Assembly (NCBI RefSeq): GCF_011386835.1
Contig: NC_088801.1
Coordinates: 34,286,001 to 34,350,000, forward strand
Direction: 5' to 3'
DNA from: Chrysemys picta bellii
Taxonomy: Eukaryota
Length of the DNA stretch: 64,000 nt
The position numbers were made by a program, and so were the translations under genes. The notes beneath the pieces are model-generated. The model ran no database searches. It was not told where the DNA came from and saw nothing but the letters and a program-made list of their open reading frames with translations. Shown piece by piece: positions 1-12,477 of this stretch (position 1 is the stretch's first letter; each line of letters opens with the position of its first letter).

Positions 1-1004
1 GACATATGGGAAATGTAGTTTCTTACAAAGTCATTTTTAGTTAGAATGTCACTGAACTCCAAAGGCTTTTATTGCAGTTCTCCAAGAAATTGACTCTCTC
101 CAATATATTCCTAACCACCACCTTTTGTGATGGCTGAATTTAAGAAGGAAATTCTCATTTTAAACAGTCTATTTTTACAGCAACTTATCAAACAGTGGCC
201 TTTAGCTGTTGTTGTCTGACAGCCACTCTATTAAAATCCTGATGTAAACAAGTGGAGAAGGTGAACTAGAAGTGCAGATATTTGCACAGCATTACTGTCA
301 GGTAAAATTTTAAAGATAGGTTTTATGAACCCATTATTTGCAGTCAAGGCTTTTGACTACAGCATCTGAAATCATTTAAGGAGACAAAGTGTTTTGTCAA
401 AACATACTGCTGGGAGTCAGTATGTAGCTTCTTTTTATGTAATTCAATTTAGTACTGTTGTTTGCATGAAAGTGGAAAATCTAGCTGGGCAGCCAGATTG
501 ATGCTGTGTATGATCACAATGTGGTGACTTTCCGGTGTGATTAACGTTAAATGCCTTTTGTTTTCATTTAGTACTTAATGCATGCATAATTGCATTGTAT
601 AAACAGACCTCGGAAGCTAGTTGCATGAGGATTTTCAAAAACCAACAACAAAAACCAACAAATTTATAGCCCTCTTCAGAGCAGGGAAACACACAAGAAT
701 GTGTCTTTGCATTAAGAGCCCTGATCTTTGGGTCCAGCCAAGCTTTGCTTGACAGAGGATTTGAGGGGGATGGGCAAAGGTGGCTGTATGAGACTTCTGC
801 TCAACTCTGAACCCTTGGTCTCACAATGAGTAAGAGCAGAGCAGTTCCAAAGTATACTGGCTTGCATGGCTCTCTAGGGTTATTATGATAGCAGAGTGTA
901 GTATGCTCTGCAAACACCTCTCCCAACCCTGAACCCTCCCACTGTGCTGGGGGTGTGGAACAGCTGAGAGTTGGTATTATAGAGCAGACTTTGCTGATTG
1001 TATG

Positions 1005-1132
1005 CAGGGGTGCTGGAACAATTTGTATAGTGGGAGTTCTGAGAGCCATTGAACCAAACTATAAACGTTGTATATGATGGAAACCACTTCAAGCCAGGGG
1101 GTGTGGCAGCACCCTTAGTTCTAGCACCTAGG
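1005..1132. mobile_element. Short hAT-type MITE (128 bp)
   Basis: Imperfect 15-bp TIRs (CAGGGGTGCTGGAAC vs CCTAGGTGCTAGAAC, 11/15). Flanking 8-mers ATTGTATG (997-1004) and AGTGTATG (1133-1140) match 7/8, and an 8-bp TSD is the hAT hallmark. Confidence 0.65.
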
Positions 1133-2314
1133 AGTGTATGTAATCCAGAGATTCCCCCCTGTTAGGGGAATCTTCATCACACTTTTCCAGCCCATTTGTA
1201 CCACTGGAGCCTCAGCAGCAGCAGAGACCAAGATCTGTGCCAACGTGTTTACAACATAGTTCAGTGAACCTGATCCTGAACCCAAACTGCACTCCATGCT
1301 CTTGGGTCATCCTGAGCTCTTCTACAGTAGTTGAGAGCATAATATGAAGGAGTTTGTGTTATACACAATCACCATAAAGTTAATATTGAAATTCTGTGTA
1401 TGCCATGTTTGCCTAAGTTTATGATCTCCTTGGCAGGCTGGAATGTGGCCAGTTCAGGTGGGCTCAGATCCTTGGCCAAGCCCTTCACCCATCCCCACTA
1501 CTTATTTTGAGTTTGATTCTGAAGTACTCCACACATTTACTAGATAGCAGGCTCTAGTAGAGCCAAAACTGTAGAACTCACGGCCCAACAATTCCCACAT
1601 AGCTCACTGGCAGAGATGCAATAGATACATGGAGAAATCTGAAAGGATATGATGAAGCGAGAACATTTTTCACATAGAACTTTAATGATAAATGTAAGAA
1701 AAAAAGATACGCAGAGTAAACTTTGTTAAATAGAGGAAAAGACAATAATTTGGTGTAACAAGATTACAAATTGTAATAGATTCTTTTCAAAGGCTTCTGT
1801 TGTTTTTATACTATATTTTGATTTGTTACACAAAAAAGACCCATGAACAGGAGAACTTGTAAAATGCCCAAGTTTCCTTTGCAGGGACAGTATCCTGCAT
1901 ATAAATCAGACAATTGCATATGCACTGAACTAGGGTAGAAATAGGAAAAACCAACAAAAGGAAGCAATCCACAATTACTAATGTGGGTCTTTAAGGGTTT
2001 GTCTCCATTATTATACTGGTTGAGAAATCTATATGAAGCAGGACAGCCGTCTAGTGTGAACACAGTTATGCCAGTATAAAGATGCTTTTATCAGTACAAC
2101 TTACTCTTATAAATTAAGCAGCTTTATATAAAATAACCGTGTATGCCCCAGAGGGTTGTACTGTTTTAACCACATTGTTTTCTATATAGTTCTAGCAGTA
2201 CAATAACTGTTTGAAGGGGAAATCTTGTTTAAGGAAGGAGAGGAAGAGAAAGCAGCTGTCAAAGAGGCTCAAAAAGACCAGTATGCTAAGGAGAGAGAGT
2301 GAGAGAAATTGCTA

Positions 2315-2843
2315 TTGGAACTGGTCAGAAACATTCCAACAAAACAACTCTTCATCAAAATTTGTCAATTTGTCAAAATTAAAATGTTCCGTGAAGATGG
2401 TTTGATTTCAGTGAAGTTCCAGAGGAACCCTGAGGGCCAGGCAGCTTTCAAAACCTTCTTGCCCAGAGAGTTTTCCAAAAGAAACCGACCTGGTTTCCTG
2501 CCACTTCACCAGCCCGGCTCCTCAGCAGCTGGGGAGCCTGAGGCTTCAGGGCAGCCTGCCATGCAGACTGCATCTGAGTTGGGGAATCCAAGATTTACAG
2601 GGTCCATGGCCCTGGAGCAGTCCACCACCAGGCAGAGTGCCCAGGAGTCAGGGACCTCAGGGCTTCCAGGGTCAGTGGCTCTGCCATCTGGACTGTTCCT
2701 ATTGTGGAAAGCCCTGGGGATTTCCCATTTGTGAAAAATTTCAAAATTTTTGGTTCTGTTCTGAATCAGAACCAAACCAAATTTCAAAATATTGAAATCT
2801 TCCATGAGATAACAAAGGAATTACCTTTCTCTGCATAGCTCTA
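2315..2843. mobile_element. Old non-autonomous DNA transposon relic (TAGAGCTG...CAGCTCTA type) with GC-rich core
   Basis: Degenerate ends (TTGGAACTGGTC ... GCATAGCTCTA) and AT-rich arms around a GC-rich interior. Family recognised from memory only. Confidence 0.35.
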
Positions 2844-2980
2844 GTTGTTAGTGCTATTAGGAGAATATCCAAGATAGTCCTGATACTGAGCAAAAGAGTC
2901 CAAAGTGAAGGATGCTTGGCAAGTGCAAATTTCTGCAGAGCAAGGATAGTGTGAGCACTACTTACATCTAAATAAATAAC

Positions 2981-3007
2981 AATAATAATAATAATAATAA
3001 TAATAAT
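2981..3007 (+). repeat. (AAT)9 microsatellite, probably the tail of an L2-like LINE
   Basis: 27 nt of perfect AAT repeat preceded by AAATAAATAAC. Confidence 0.9.
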
Positions 3008-3956
3008 AGCCTTAAATTGGAGGAACGGAGGCCTTAGAATATGCCAGGTCTGGCAAATCTATCGATGCACATTGATCCTTTGTTATCAACAGTAGTCCTA
3101 TCTAACTTGAAATGCCATGCTCATGTGGTGAATCATATACAGGAATACTGATATATTCAAAATGGGGAGTAGTACCAGTGTCATATGGATTTATTGGTTT
3201 TCATTCACAAATTTGAGAAAGTACTGTAAGTTGCCACAGTGGTAAAAACATTTGGCTAGTTCTGTTTCCAGATTACCAGAAGGGAGTGCTTTTAAAAACA
3301 AAAAACAGTGGTCTTTGAGATGGCCAGTTTTAACCAAGAGTCTTTTCTGTCTATCTGTCTCGCTACCTCTGTGTGGGGATTCAGAGCACTGGAGTTCTGC
3401 AGGACCTCTGCTTAAAAGTAACAGGGTAATGAAAAGTATGTGCATGTTTCACAACTGTAATCCAGCCCGACTAGAATGTCCTGGGAGTTGCCAAAAAGCA
3501 AAGTGAGGAGAGGGTAGAATACTTTAAGAAAAAAAGTAACCTTTTATTCTCTTCCTTTCTTTTCAACTTTCAGAACTGTAGCTTCAGTCTCCTTTATACT
3601 TTTTGGATAAAGGGAATTTGTTATAAATAGAGATGGATCCATTTCTTTACATCTGATCTCAATGGATACTCAGGCTGGACTACTAGTTCTTACAATTTTT
3701 CACTATAAGGGTGTATGGGAGGAGGAAAGGACAGGCAGGCTTGGATGAGGAGAGGAGGAAAGTTTTACGTGGTGAGTCTGGATTTCAAGGAAGAGGGGAG
3801 TTCATGCAGACCCATAAGAAAGGGGGTTTGGTTTGATCCTGGGAGAATTAAGGATGGTGGTGATGGGATTAGAAATTTTGCTAAAATTCAAAATTTACAG
3901 ATTCATTTCCCAAAGTGAACCAAAGGTTTAAAGCCCTCTGAGATTTCCACAAACTA

Positions 3957-4129
3957 CACCTCTACCTCAATATAACGCTGTCCTCAGGAGCCAAAAAATC
4001 TTACCGCGTTATATTGCACTTGCTTTGATCCACCGGAGTGCGCAGCCCTGCCCCCCCCCGGAGCACTGCTTTACTGCGTTATATCCTAATTCGTGTTATA
4101 TCAGGTCACGTTATATCGCGGTAGCAGTG
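3957..4129 (+). mobile_element. Tc1/mariner (Tigger-like) MITE
   Basis: TIRs CACCTCTACCTCAATATAACG ... CGTTATATCGCGGTAGCAGTG with TA on both sides (3955-3956, 4130-4131). A homologous copy lies in opposite orientation at 58559-58747. Confidence 0.8.
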
Positions 4130-7100
4130 TAATTTAATCTCAGATCATCCAGTATGCTTGATGTGGACAGACTCCAGTTATTCAGATTGGTACAAGCCAT
4201 CCACCTCAATGGTAGCAGAGCAGGAACTCAGTGAGATGGAAGACAGGTCTTCTTTGCTTGCGTTTAGGTCAATGTCGCTCACTGAGGATGTGCCAATAGA
4301 CCTTCACTTCATAACCTGTGCTTTATACCCATGTCCTTCCTGTCTTGTGAAGGGTAGTGTGTCCTTTACTGGAGGAGATTGTCAGTACCTCTTTTAAGGA
4401 TGGTTGGTTTCTGAACTTTCTTAAGCATGTATCTGACCTTACCTCAGGAATCCATCATTTGCAATTGGCAGTGTAGCCACTATAGCCTTGTATCTTATTT
4501 TCCATTAGAGGATTAAATAGGAGCAGGAGCATTCGTGACATGGTAAAAAGTTAATTTTTTCAGCCTAGAATTTGCCTGACTTGACTTTACTGAGATTTTT
4601 TTTTTTTTTTGCCTTCTGGTGAATATTGAAAGGAAGGTGGCTATTAGTGCTGCCCATAGTTAGCAGAACTCCTCAATGTTTTGTGTGTAGTGTATGTAAT
4701 GTGCCCTCAGAAACTGGTGTCTAATACATTATTAAATGTAATTTTGCCCAGAGTTCAGGGAAGGAATATCTACAGGCAAACCTTCTGGGTCAGATCCTGA
4801 GCTGGTGTAAAGCAGCATAGCCGATTAACACCAGCTGAGGAATTAGCTCTCTGAGTCTCACTCCTACTCTTGGTCACTGGCAGTATTTGACCAACAGGTA
4901 TGGACATTTTTACTCAGTCTACTAGGTAGCCTGCTGAGCGTATTTGCACACAGATTTCTGCTGTTGTCCCAAATGCCCATGCAAAATTGAGATACACCCA
5001 ATACTGTACCTATTTTATTAAATAAAAATTTCCTGCCAGCTCTGGTCACACATATTTGCACATGTTTGGGGAAGTCTATTTATTGGTCCTGTTGCTGAAA
5101 ATCCAGCCTGAATGTCTCATATAGTTATTCCTTATTGACTGTAATAAAGAGAAAGACATTTCAAGAAAATATGTTTCATTGGCAGAGCAAAATAAACAGT
5201 GGAATATATAACTGATAACTCATTAAATAAGAAGCATGGGCTTTTATCTGGCTCTTCAAACACAATTTAGCCACTTCAACAAGATTAGAGAAACACTTTT
5301 ATGCCAAAAAAGAAACTGCTTTAATCACTTCCCTTCCAAGAAGCTACCTGCATTAAAAGAAGAGAATTAACCTCTCTGCTGCCACTATTCCTTTTACTGC
5401 AAAAAGCATTTGTGATATTTCTGATACATTTAGTTTTGTCAGTTGGAAACAGCTATGTTTTCAGAAGCATTAATCATAAGGAAAGATTTGATTACTGTTT
5501 TAAAGAAGATCTCTTGCTGTGAAGTTCTAAGTGTACACTAGAACACCATTAGTCCACCCTACTGGGGCAGGAAGAGACACAGTATAGATCAGTGATGTTT
5601 TTCTGGTTTCTCAAGTGCCAGAAACAAAGTCAGTACAGGTGACATCATGGTCCAATAGGAGAGCAGAGTATCATCCTCTGGCATCATCCCTATTATATTT
5701 ACCCATGTGCAGAAAGAAAACAGATCCTTTTTGTCTTTTGGGGTTAATTAAAACCAACAAGAAAAAGAAAAAGCAGAGTCTCAATGAGAGAGTACACGGC
5801 GTGTTGTCTACTGACTACCAAATGTCTGTCTGTCTCTGTAGAGAGTAACATCCTTGGAGAAGTAAAGTACAGTAGGTGAAAATTAAAAGCGCAACCATGC
5901 ATAGCTAAATTCATTCCAGTCTTGAGCATAGTGTAAGCCTTGAGGCTGAATAGTACCCATGAATGCTCTTGAATGTAGCTGCGGCTGCTGTCATGGATGA
6001 TGAGGGAGCTGGTTCTCACTGCTGTTGTGTGGTTTTGTTGGGGCTGCTGACTCCAGAGTGAATAGGAAATGGGGGAGGTGGCCTTGGGGACTGGCATCCT
6101 CCTTCAATGCAGGGCCACTTTCAGCCATTTACCGCAGTTATATTTAATGCCACTGTGGAACAAGGAGCATCTGCACCTTTCCTTTGTGATGTGCAAACTA
6201 CTTGAGATAAAATTAAAAAAACCCTCACAGTTAATCCCTTGAACCCAACCCATTCTGAATCTTTTTTGAAAGCTAAAAGGTTTTTGTTATTCATTTTGAA
6301 CCACTATTGCATTTCGTGTTTACAAAATAAAGTAAACAAGATTGTACTTATGGTCTGTCTGTTCAACCCAACCAGCAATAGGAAGTATTCTCCACTAATT
6401 TCATTAGATATCCTGTTCTCATAAGATTTGCAAACAAGCAGCTTCAGATCATTCAGATCAGTATGTGAACTTCTGGATACTTACCCAACTTGAATCTCGC
6501 TTTTGATGTTTCCCCATAGCTACTTTAAATGACTCACCTCAGACTTCCCCTATCATTATGCCTAACTAAGGCAAGTTATTACAGTCAAGGGATCAGTTAT
6601 AGTGGAAGCAACAGAACATATAGAGTATATTCATGGGCGATGAGTAAGTTCCATTTCAATAAATGTGCACATTATGCCCAAGAACAGTCAAAAGGGTTAA
6701 AACACAATCATTCCAGATAAGTTTCTCACCATATCAGGCTCAAAAAGTCAAAAGATTTGAAAGCTATTAGTACTTCTGTAGATCATCCTCTTCCAGACAC
6801 TTTTCTTTTTTTTTACTGACAGGTTGCAGTTAAAAATTAAAGTAAAGAGGGGCCCGCTCTTTGCTACATACTTTTAATGGAACTGAAGCCAAAATAAGTC
6901 AGACTAAATTATGGGAGTAAATGACCTCCTGGGAAGTATAATACCAAATTCCAAAGAACAGTAAAGAGTTTCCTTTGATCTTTTTAGCTTCACAGCCTGA
7001 AATTCAAAATCTGTATTTAATTTTAGATTGCATATGCCAGCTTTTAAGTTTCCTTTCTAACATGATATATCATTTTAAATGATAGGACACCTTTAACTTG

Positions 7101-7620
7101 TATTTCTTGAAAATGCTGACTGTCCTTTCTTTATTCTTTTACACTATAAAAACAGATATAAATATTACTAATTGCAAAAATAATTTGGGGTTGGGTGCTG
7201 TAATGGATAAACCATTGACCTTCACTTAAGAGACTGTGCCTTCAAGCTCATCCTGAGTTTCTGAGTGAAATGACTTTGATCTGAGACACAAGTAACTTCG
7301 GTTCAATGCCACAGAAGGATACAGATCTAGAGAAAGGACAAGTAGAGAACATTTCATTACACACTCTAGTTACAATTGTGGATGTGGACTAAGGGCCTAT
7401 TTCGCCAAATGTTATATACAGATTTATTTGCCTGTGGCCAGACATGCACATTGAAGGAATGGTATTCCTAAACCGGAAATCCCAAAATGTACAAAAAATT
7501 GAGTTAGCATCTGTCTGGGGAATTTTCTGACCTATACACTTGAGAATGGACTTTAAATATGGGCAGGTGAAATAATCTCTTCTGAGTGCAGTTGTGGATT
7601 GCAAAAGTCTTTATACCTTA

Positions 7621-7689
7621 AAAAGAACGGGAGTACTTGTGGCACCTTAGAGACTAACAGATTTATTAGAGCATAAGCTTTCGTGGACT
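7621..7689 (-). mobile_element. 69-bp Penelope 3'-terminal fragment with 14-bp target-site duplication
   Basis: Homologous to the Penelope end at 9374-9440 (GTGGCACCTTA.AGACTAACAGATTTATT..GCATAAGCTT). Flanked by exact GTCTTTATACCTTA at 7607-7620 and 7690-7703. Confidence 0.8.
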
Positions 7690-9327
7690 GTCTTTATACC
7701 TTATTCATTATGAAAGAAACTGCTTTTCTCAGAGCACAGTGGATAGTAACAGGTTGGTTGAAAGCACAGCATGCAAGAACTGCCTCTAACCAGTTTCCTT
7801 ATTCTGGGAAAGCCCTAATGGATGCTGCTTATATGCAATCTGTTGTGCTACATCTATCCAGTGATTGGCCAAGAGGCATAAACATAGTCCAGAAATTTAC
7901 AATACAATAACATTATGAATTAGAGCCTGAGGGAATAATTTGTAATGCATAATTTATCCACTGAATTTAGCTTCCTTTTCAACTTCCAGAACGTCCACAA
8001 GCAGATCATGATTTCCTCACACTTACTCTTTATTCAGAATCACTCAATACATTTTTTAACTAGATGGGCTAAAAATTCTCTGTGAGTATTTGATACCATT
8101 TGATCTTATAGTATGGGTAATAGTAACAATAAATTTGACCAGTCAGTATTAAACAGTATTATTTCTCCTCTCTGACTCGGTGAGGGCAAAAACATTTCTG
8201 GCAGGAATATACCTGGGTGCAAATTTAACATAGTATTCATGGAAAACATCACAGATGCAACTTTGAGTTCTGGCTCCTGTGCACCACACACAGTTCAGAA
8301 TGGGGGGAAGGCTTTTTTTTTGGTGCTTTAATCTTCAGGCAAGCCAGGTACTAGCATGTTCCTGAAAAACAATTTAGAGCAGCCTTATGGCTGCTGTAAG
8401 TTGCACTGGCTGCAAAAGCCCTAATAGTGACATTCTAGCAGCCAAGGTTTGCCAGGGTGCAAGGGAACTTCAGCCACATCTCTTTTTTCTCAGACATGGC
8501 CTTATGTCTGATGAGGCATTCCCAAACTGCAAAATGTCTAGGTCAGCTGTCACCCTTCTGTATTCATCTTCATTATAGGGAAATACATTTCCCTACACTG
8601 GTGACAGATAAAAATGGTTGATGTTGGTATGTGTCTTTCACAGTGTCTTCCTCACTGGTAAACGGGTATGCCATATCATATGCCAGGAACTCTATTGGGG
8701 CATACCATGAAAGTCAACTCTGCCTGAAATATAATGAAAGTCAGAAAATAATTCCTCATGATGGAATCACTAACCTGGGTTGGCCTGTTCGTGTAAATTC
8801 AAATGCATAAATTTATCAATTTCTAAACGATATGTACCAACTATTGCTATATCTATAAAATCAAGCATCGAACTGTGAAATCAGACTATATGCGTCAGTT
8901 CTCTATAAATTAAAGATTGATCCAGCCACAAATTCCGGATGCAGATCCAAACTTTCCCAAAGGTTGGGGTTATTTGGATCCAGCGTTGTGGCTCAGCCAA
9001 TCATATAAAGAAGGACCAGTCACAAAGTTCAGATCTATATTTGAACTTACTCAGAGTTTGGGATGTTGGTGTCTTGGGTTTTAGTTTGGGCTCAGCTTTG
9101 CTATAAATAAGACAATTTGTTAAAGAGTACTGAAAGTATTTAAAATTTCTAATGTAAAATGTTAACCTGTTAGTCAGTATTTATCTCATGGGCCAATAAA
9201 TCTTAATGTTCACTGCAACAAAAGAAGTCAGTTTATGCTTATTAGTATGCTATGATTTATTTAATGTTTACATGTTAATAGCCTCATTCTGTAATAGTTC
9301 CACAGTCAGAACCCCATTGACTTCAAT

Positions 9328-9371
9328 TCATAGATTCCAAAGCCAGAAGGGACCATTGTGATCATCTAGTC
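9328..9371 (-). mobile_element. CR1 3'-end fragment, left part of a split copy
   Basis: TCATAGATTCCAAAGCCAGAAGGGACCATTGTGATCATCTAGTC resembles the CR1 3' ends at 13029 and 26814. It continues at 12708 (ATCTAGTCTGATCTC...CATAGAATTTCCC). Confidence 0.55.
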
Positions 9372-9425
9372 CACTAAAACGACGAGGAATCTGGTGGCAC
9401 CTTAAAGACTAACAGATTTATTTGG

Positions 9426-9472
9426 GCATAAGCTTTTGTTGGTTAAAAAAAAACAACCATTTTTTCAGATGC
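9426..9472 (-). ncRNA. Degenerate minimal type I hammerhead ribozyme of the Penelope 3' repeat
   Basis: Minus strand reads GCAU-CUGAAAA-[AUGGUU...AACCA]-CAAAA-GCUU-AUGC. Stem I (GCAU/AUGC), stem II and the palindromic AAGCUU stem III are present. The core CUGANGA and GAAA are each mutated G>A. Confidence 0.55.
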
Positions 9473-9693
9473 ATGGAGTGAAAATTACAGATACAGGCAT
9501 AAATATACTAGCACATGAAGAGAAGGGAGTTACCTTACAAGTGAAGAACCAGTGTTGACAAGGCCAATTCAGTTAGGGTGGATGTGGTCCACTCCCAATA
9601 ATTGATGATGAGGTGTCAATACCAAGAGAGGGAAAATTGCTTTTGAAGTGAGCCAGCCACTCCCAGCCCCTATTCAAGCCCAAATTAACGGTG

Positions 9694-10170
9694 TTAAGTT
9701 TGCAAATGAATTGTAGCTCTGCAGTTTCTCTTTGAAGTCTGTTTTTGAAGATTTTTTGTTGCAGGATGGCTACTTTTAAATCGGTTATTGAATGTCCAGG
9801 GATGATTGAAGTGTTCTCCTATTGGCTTTTCTATGTTACCATTCCTGATGTCTGATTTGCATCCATTTATTCTTTTATGTAGAGACTGTCCATTTTGGCC
9901 AATGTACATGGAAGAAGGGCATTGCTGGCACATGATGGCATATATCACATTAGTAGATGTGCAGGTGAATGAGTCCCTGAAGGTGTGACTGATGTGGTTG
10001 GGTCGTGTGATGGTGTCGCTCGAGTAGATATGGGGACAGAGTAGGCAATGGGGTTTGTTACAGGGATAGGTTCCTGTGTTAGTGTTTCTGTGGTGTAGTG
10101 TGTAGTTGCTGGTGAGTATTTGCTTCAGGTTGGGGGGCTGTCTGTAAGTCAGGACTGGCCTACCTCCCAA
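9694..10170 (-). pseudogene. Penelope GIY-YIG endonuclease domain fragment
   Basis: 158-aa ORF with CNKPHCLLCPH, VIYAIMCQQC...YIGQ and GEHFN, then a frameshift. Confidence 0.88.
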
Positions 10171-10473
10171 GGTCTCTGAGAGTGAGGGATTGTTTTCCAG
10201 GATAGGTTTTAAATTGTTGATGATGTATTGGAGACGTTTTAGCTAGAGGCTGTACATGATGGCCAGTGGTGTTCTGTTATTTTCCTTGTTGGGCCTGTCC
10301 TGTAGTAGGTGACTTCTGAGTACCCATCTCGCTCCGTCAATCTGTTTCCTCACTTCCCCAGGTGGGTATTGTAGTTTTAAGAATGCTTGATAAAGATCTT
10401 GTAGGTGTTCGTCTCTGTCTGAGGGATTGGAGCAAATGTGGTTGTATCTTAGGGCTTGGCTGTAGACAATGGA

Positions 10474-11519
10474 TCATATGATGTGTCCTGGATGGAAGTT
10501 GGAGGCATGTAGGTAAGTATAGCGGTCGGTAGGTTTCCAGTGTAGGGTAGTGTTTATGTGACCATCACTTATTTGCACTGTAGTGTCCAGGAAGTGGATC
10601 TCTTGTGTGGACTGATCCAGGCTGTGGTTGATGGTGTGGTGGAAATTATTGAAATCCAGGTGGAATTCTTCAATGGCCTCCTTCCCATGGGTCCATATGA
10701 TGAAGATGTCATCAACGTAACACAAATAGAGGAGGAGTGCTAGGGGACGAGAGCTGAGGAAGTGTTGTTCTAAGTCAGCCATAAAAATGTTGGCATACTG
10801 TGCGGGGATTCAGGTACCCATAGCAGTGCCGCTGACTTGAAGGTATAAGTTGTCCCCAAATCTGAAATGGTTGTGGGTGAGGACAAAGTCACAAAGTTCA
10901 GCCACCAGGTTGCCATGGCCTCATCAGGGATACTGTTCCTGACAGCTTGTAGTCCATCCTCATGTGGAATATTGGTGTAAAGAGCTTCTACATCCATGGT
11001 GGCCAGGATGGTGTTTTCAGGAAGATCACCAATACTTGTAGTTTCCTCAGGAAGTCGGTGGTGTCTCAAAGACAGCTAGGAGTGCTGGTAGCATAGGGAC
11101 TGAGGAGAGAGTCCAAATAGCCAGATAATCCTGCTGTAAGAGTGTTAATGCTTGAGATGATGGGGTGTCCAGGATTTCCAGGTTTATGGATCTTGGGTAG
11201 CAGATACAATACCCCTGGTTGGGGCTCTAGGGCTGTGTCTGTGTAGATTTGTTCCTGTGCTATAGCAGGGAGTTTCTTGAGCAGATGGTGTAGTTTCTTT
11301 TGGTACCCCCTCAGTGGGATCGGAGGATAGTGGCCTGTAGAATGTGGGGTTGGAGAATTGCCTGGCAGCCTCCTGTTCATAATCTGACCTGTTCATGATG
11401 ACTACAGCACCTCCTTTGTCAGCCCCTTTGATTATAATGTCAGAGTTGTTTCTGAGGCTATCGATAGCGTTACGTTCTTTATGGCTGAGGTTATGGGGCA
11501 AGTGATGCTGTTTGTTCAC
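10474..11519 (-). pseudogene. Penelope reverse transcriptase, frameshifted into at least four ORF pieces
   Basis: IIIKGADKGGAVVIMNR, YLLPKIHKPGN, DVEALYTNIPH and YVDD occur in successive different frames. Confidence 0.9.
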
Positions 11520-12249
11520 AATTTCAGCCAGTGCATGTCTGCGAAAGCACTCTACGTAGAAGTCCAGTCTGTCATTTCGACCATCAGGAGGAGGCCACGC
11601 AGAATTCTTCTTCTTGTAGTGTTGGTAGGAGGGTTCCTATGGGTCAGTGTGCTGTTCAGTGATGTGTTGAAAATATTCCTTGAGTCAGAGATGGCGAAAG
11701 TAGGCTTCCAGATCATCACAGAACTGTATCATATGCATGGAAGTGGGGGCGCAGAGAGTCCCCAAGATGAGACAGGCTCTTCTGCCAAGCTGTGTGAGGT
11801 TGGATAGATTAACAATATTGTTGGGTGAGTTAAGGTTACCACTGTGGCATGTAGGAGTATAGATCATTTACTGTCCTTTTTCCTCTGTAGAGAAGTGAAG
11901 TGTGCATTGTAAATGGCTTGTCTCGTTTTTGTAAAGTCCAGCCACGTGGAAGTTTGTGTGGAAGGTTGGTATTGTATGAGAGTCTCCAGTTCTGAGAGCT
12001 CATTCTTGATCTTCTCCTGTCTGCTGTACAGGATGCTGATCAGGTGGTTCCTCAGTTTCTTTGAGAGTGTGTGGCACAGTCTCTCACCATAGTCCGTGTA
12101 GTATGCCGATTGCAATGGATTTTTTACTTCAGTCCATTTGGTATGATGTCCATCTGTTTGCACTTGGAGAGGAAGATTATGTCTGTCTGTATCTGTGTGA
12201 GTTTAGTCCATTGTTTCTCAACCAGGAACTAAATGGACTGGTTGAGAAA

Positions 12250-12477
12250 GTCCAGGCCTCGGTCTTCGACGGTCTCCTGGCCGGGAGCTCCCAGCCGCAC
12301 GTCTGCTCCCTGTGGTGGCTGGCCGCCGACTGAGCTCTGGCGGCCGGCTTTTATACTTCCTGTCCCGCCCCTTGACTTCCGGGGGGCGTGGACAGGCGGT
12401 GGTGGTCCCACCCACTCTGGGGTCTGCACGTGGGCTCCCTCTTCTGGGCAGGAGGGGAGCCACACCGACTCACTACA
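12250..12477 (-). mobile_element. 5' (U3) part of an LTR, truncated
   Basis: Minus strand begins TGTAGTGAGTCGG (TG start). It is GC/CpG-rich, contains ETS, GC-box and TATA motifs, and ends abruptly at 12250. Confidence 0.6.
12328..12382 (-). promoter_or_regulatory. Compact Pol II promoter motif set inside the LTR fragment
   Basis: Minus strand order: CCGGAAGT (ETS, 12382-12375), GGGGCGGG (GC box, 12371-12364), TATAAAA (12355-12349), TCAGTC Inr-like (12333-12328). Confidence 0.55.

Larger units (their letters stand above)
9374..12200 (-). mobile_element. Penelope-like retrotransposon (RT + GIY-YIG endonuclease), 5'-truncated and inactivated
   Basis: Minus-strand ORF pieces give RT motifs (LLPKIHKPGNPGHPI, TILATMDVEALYTNIPH, YVDDIFIIW) and a GIY-YIG domain (NVIYAIMCQQCPSSMYIGQ...GEHFN). 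The 3' end carries a hammerhead remnant. TAGTCCA is repeated at both boundaries (9367-9373, 12204-12210). Confidence 0.93.

Noticed and set aside
181-301. Exon-like segment with AG/GT boundaries
   Set aside because: Stops in all three frames and no other support.
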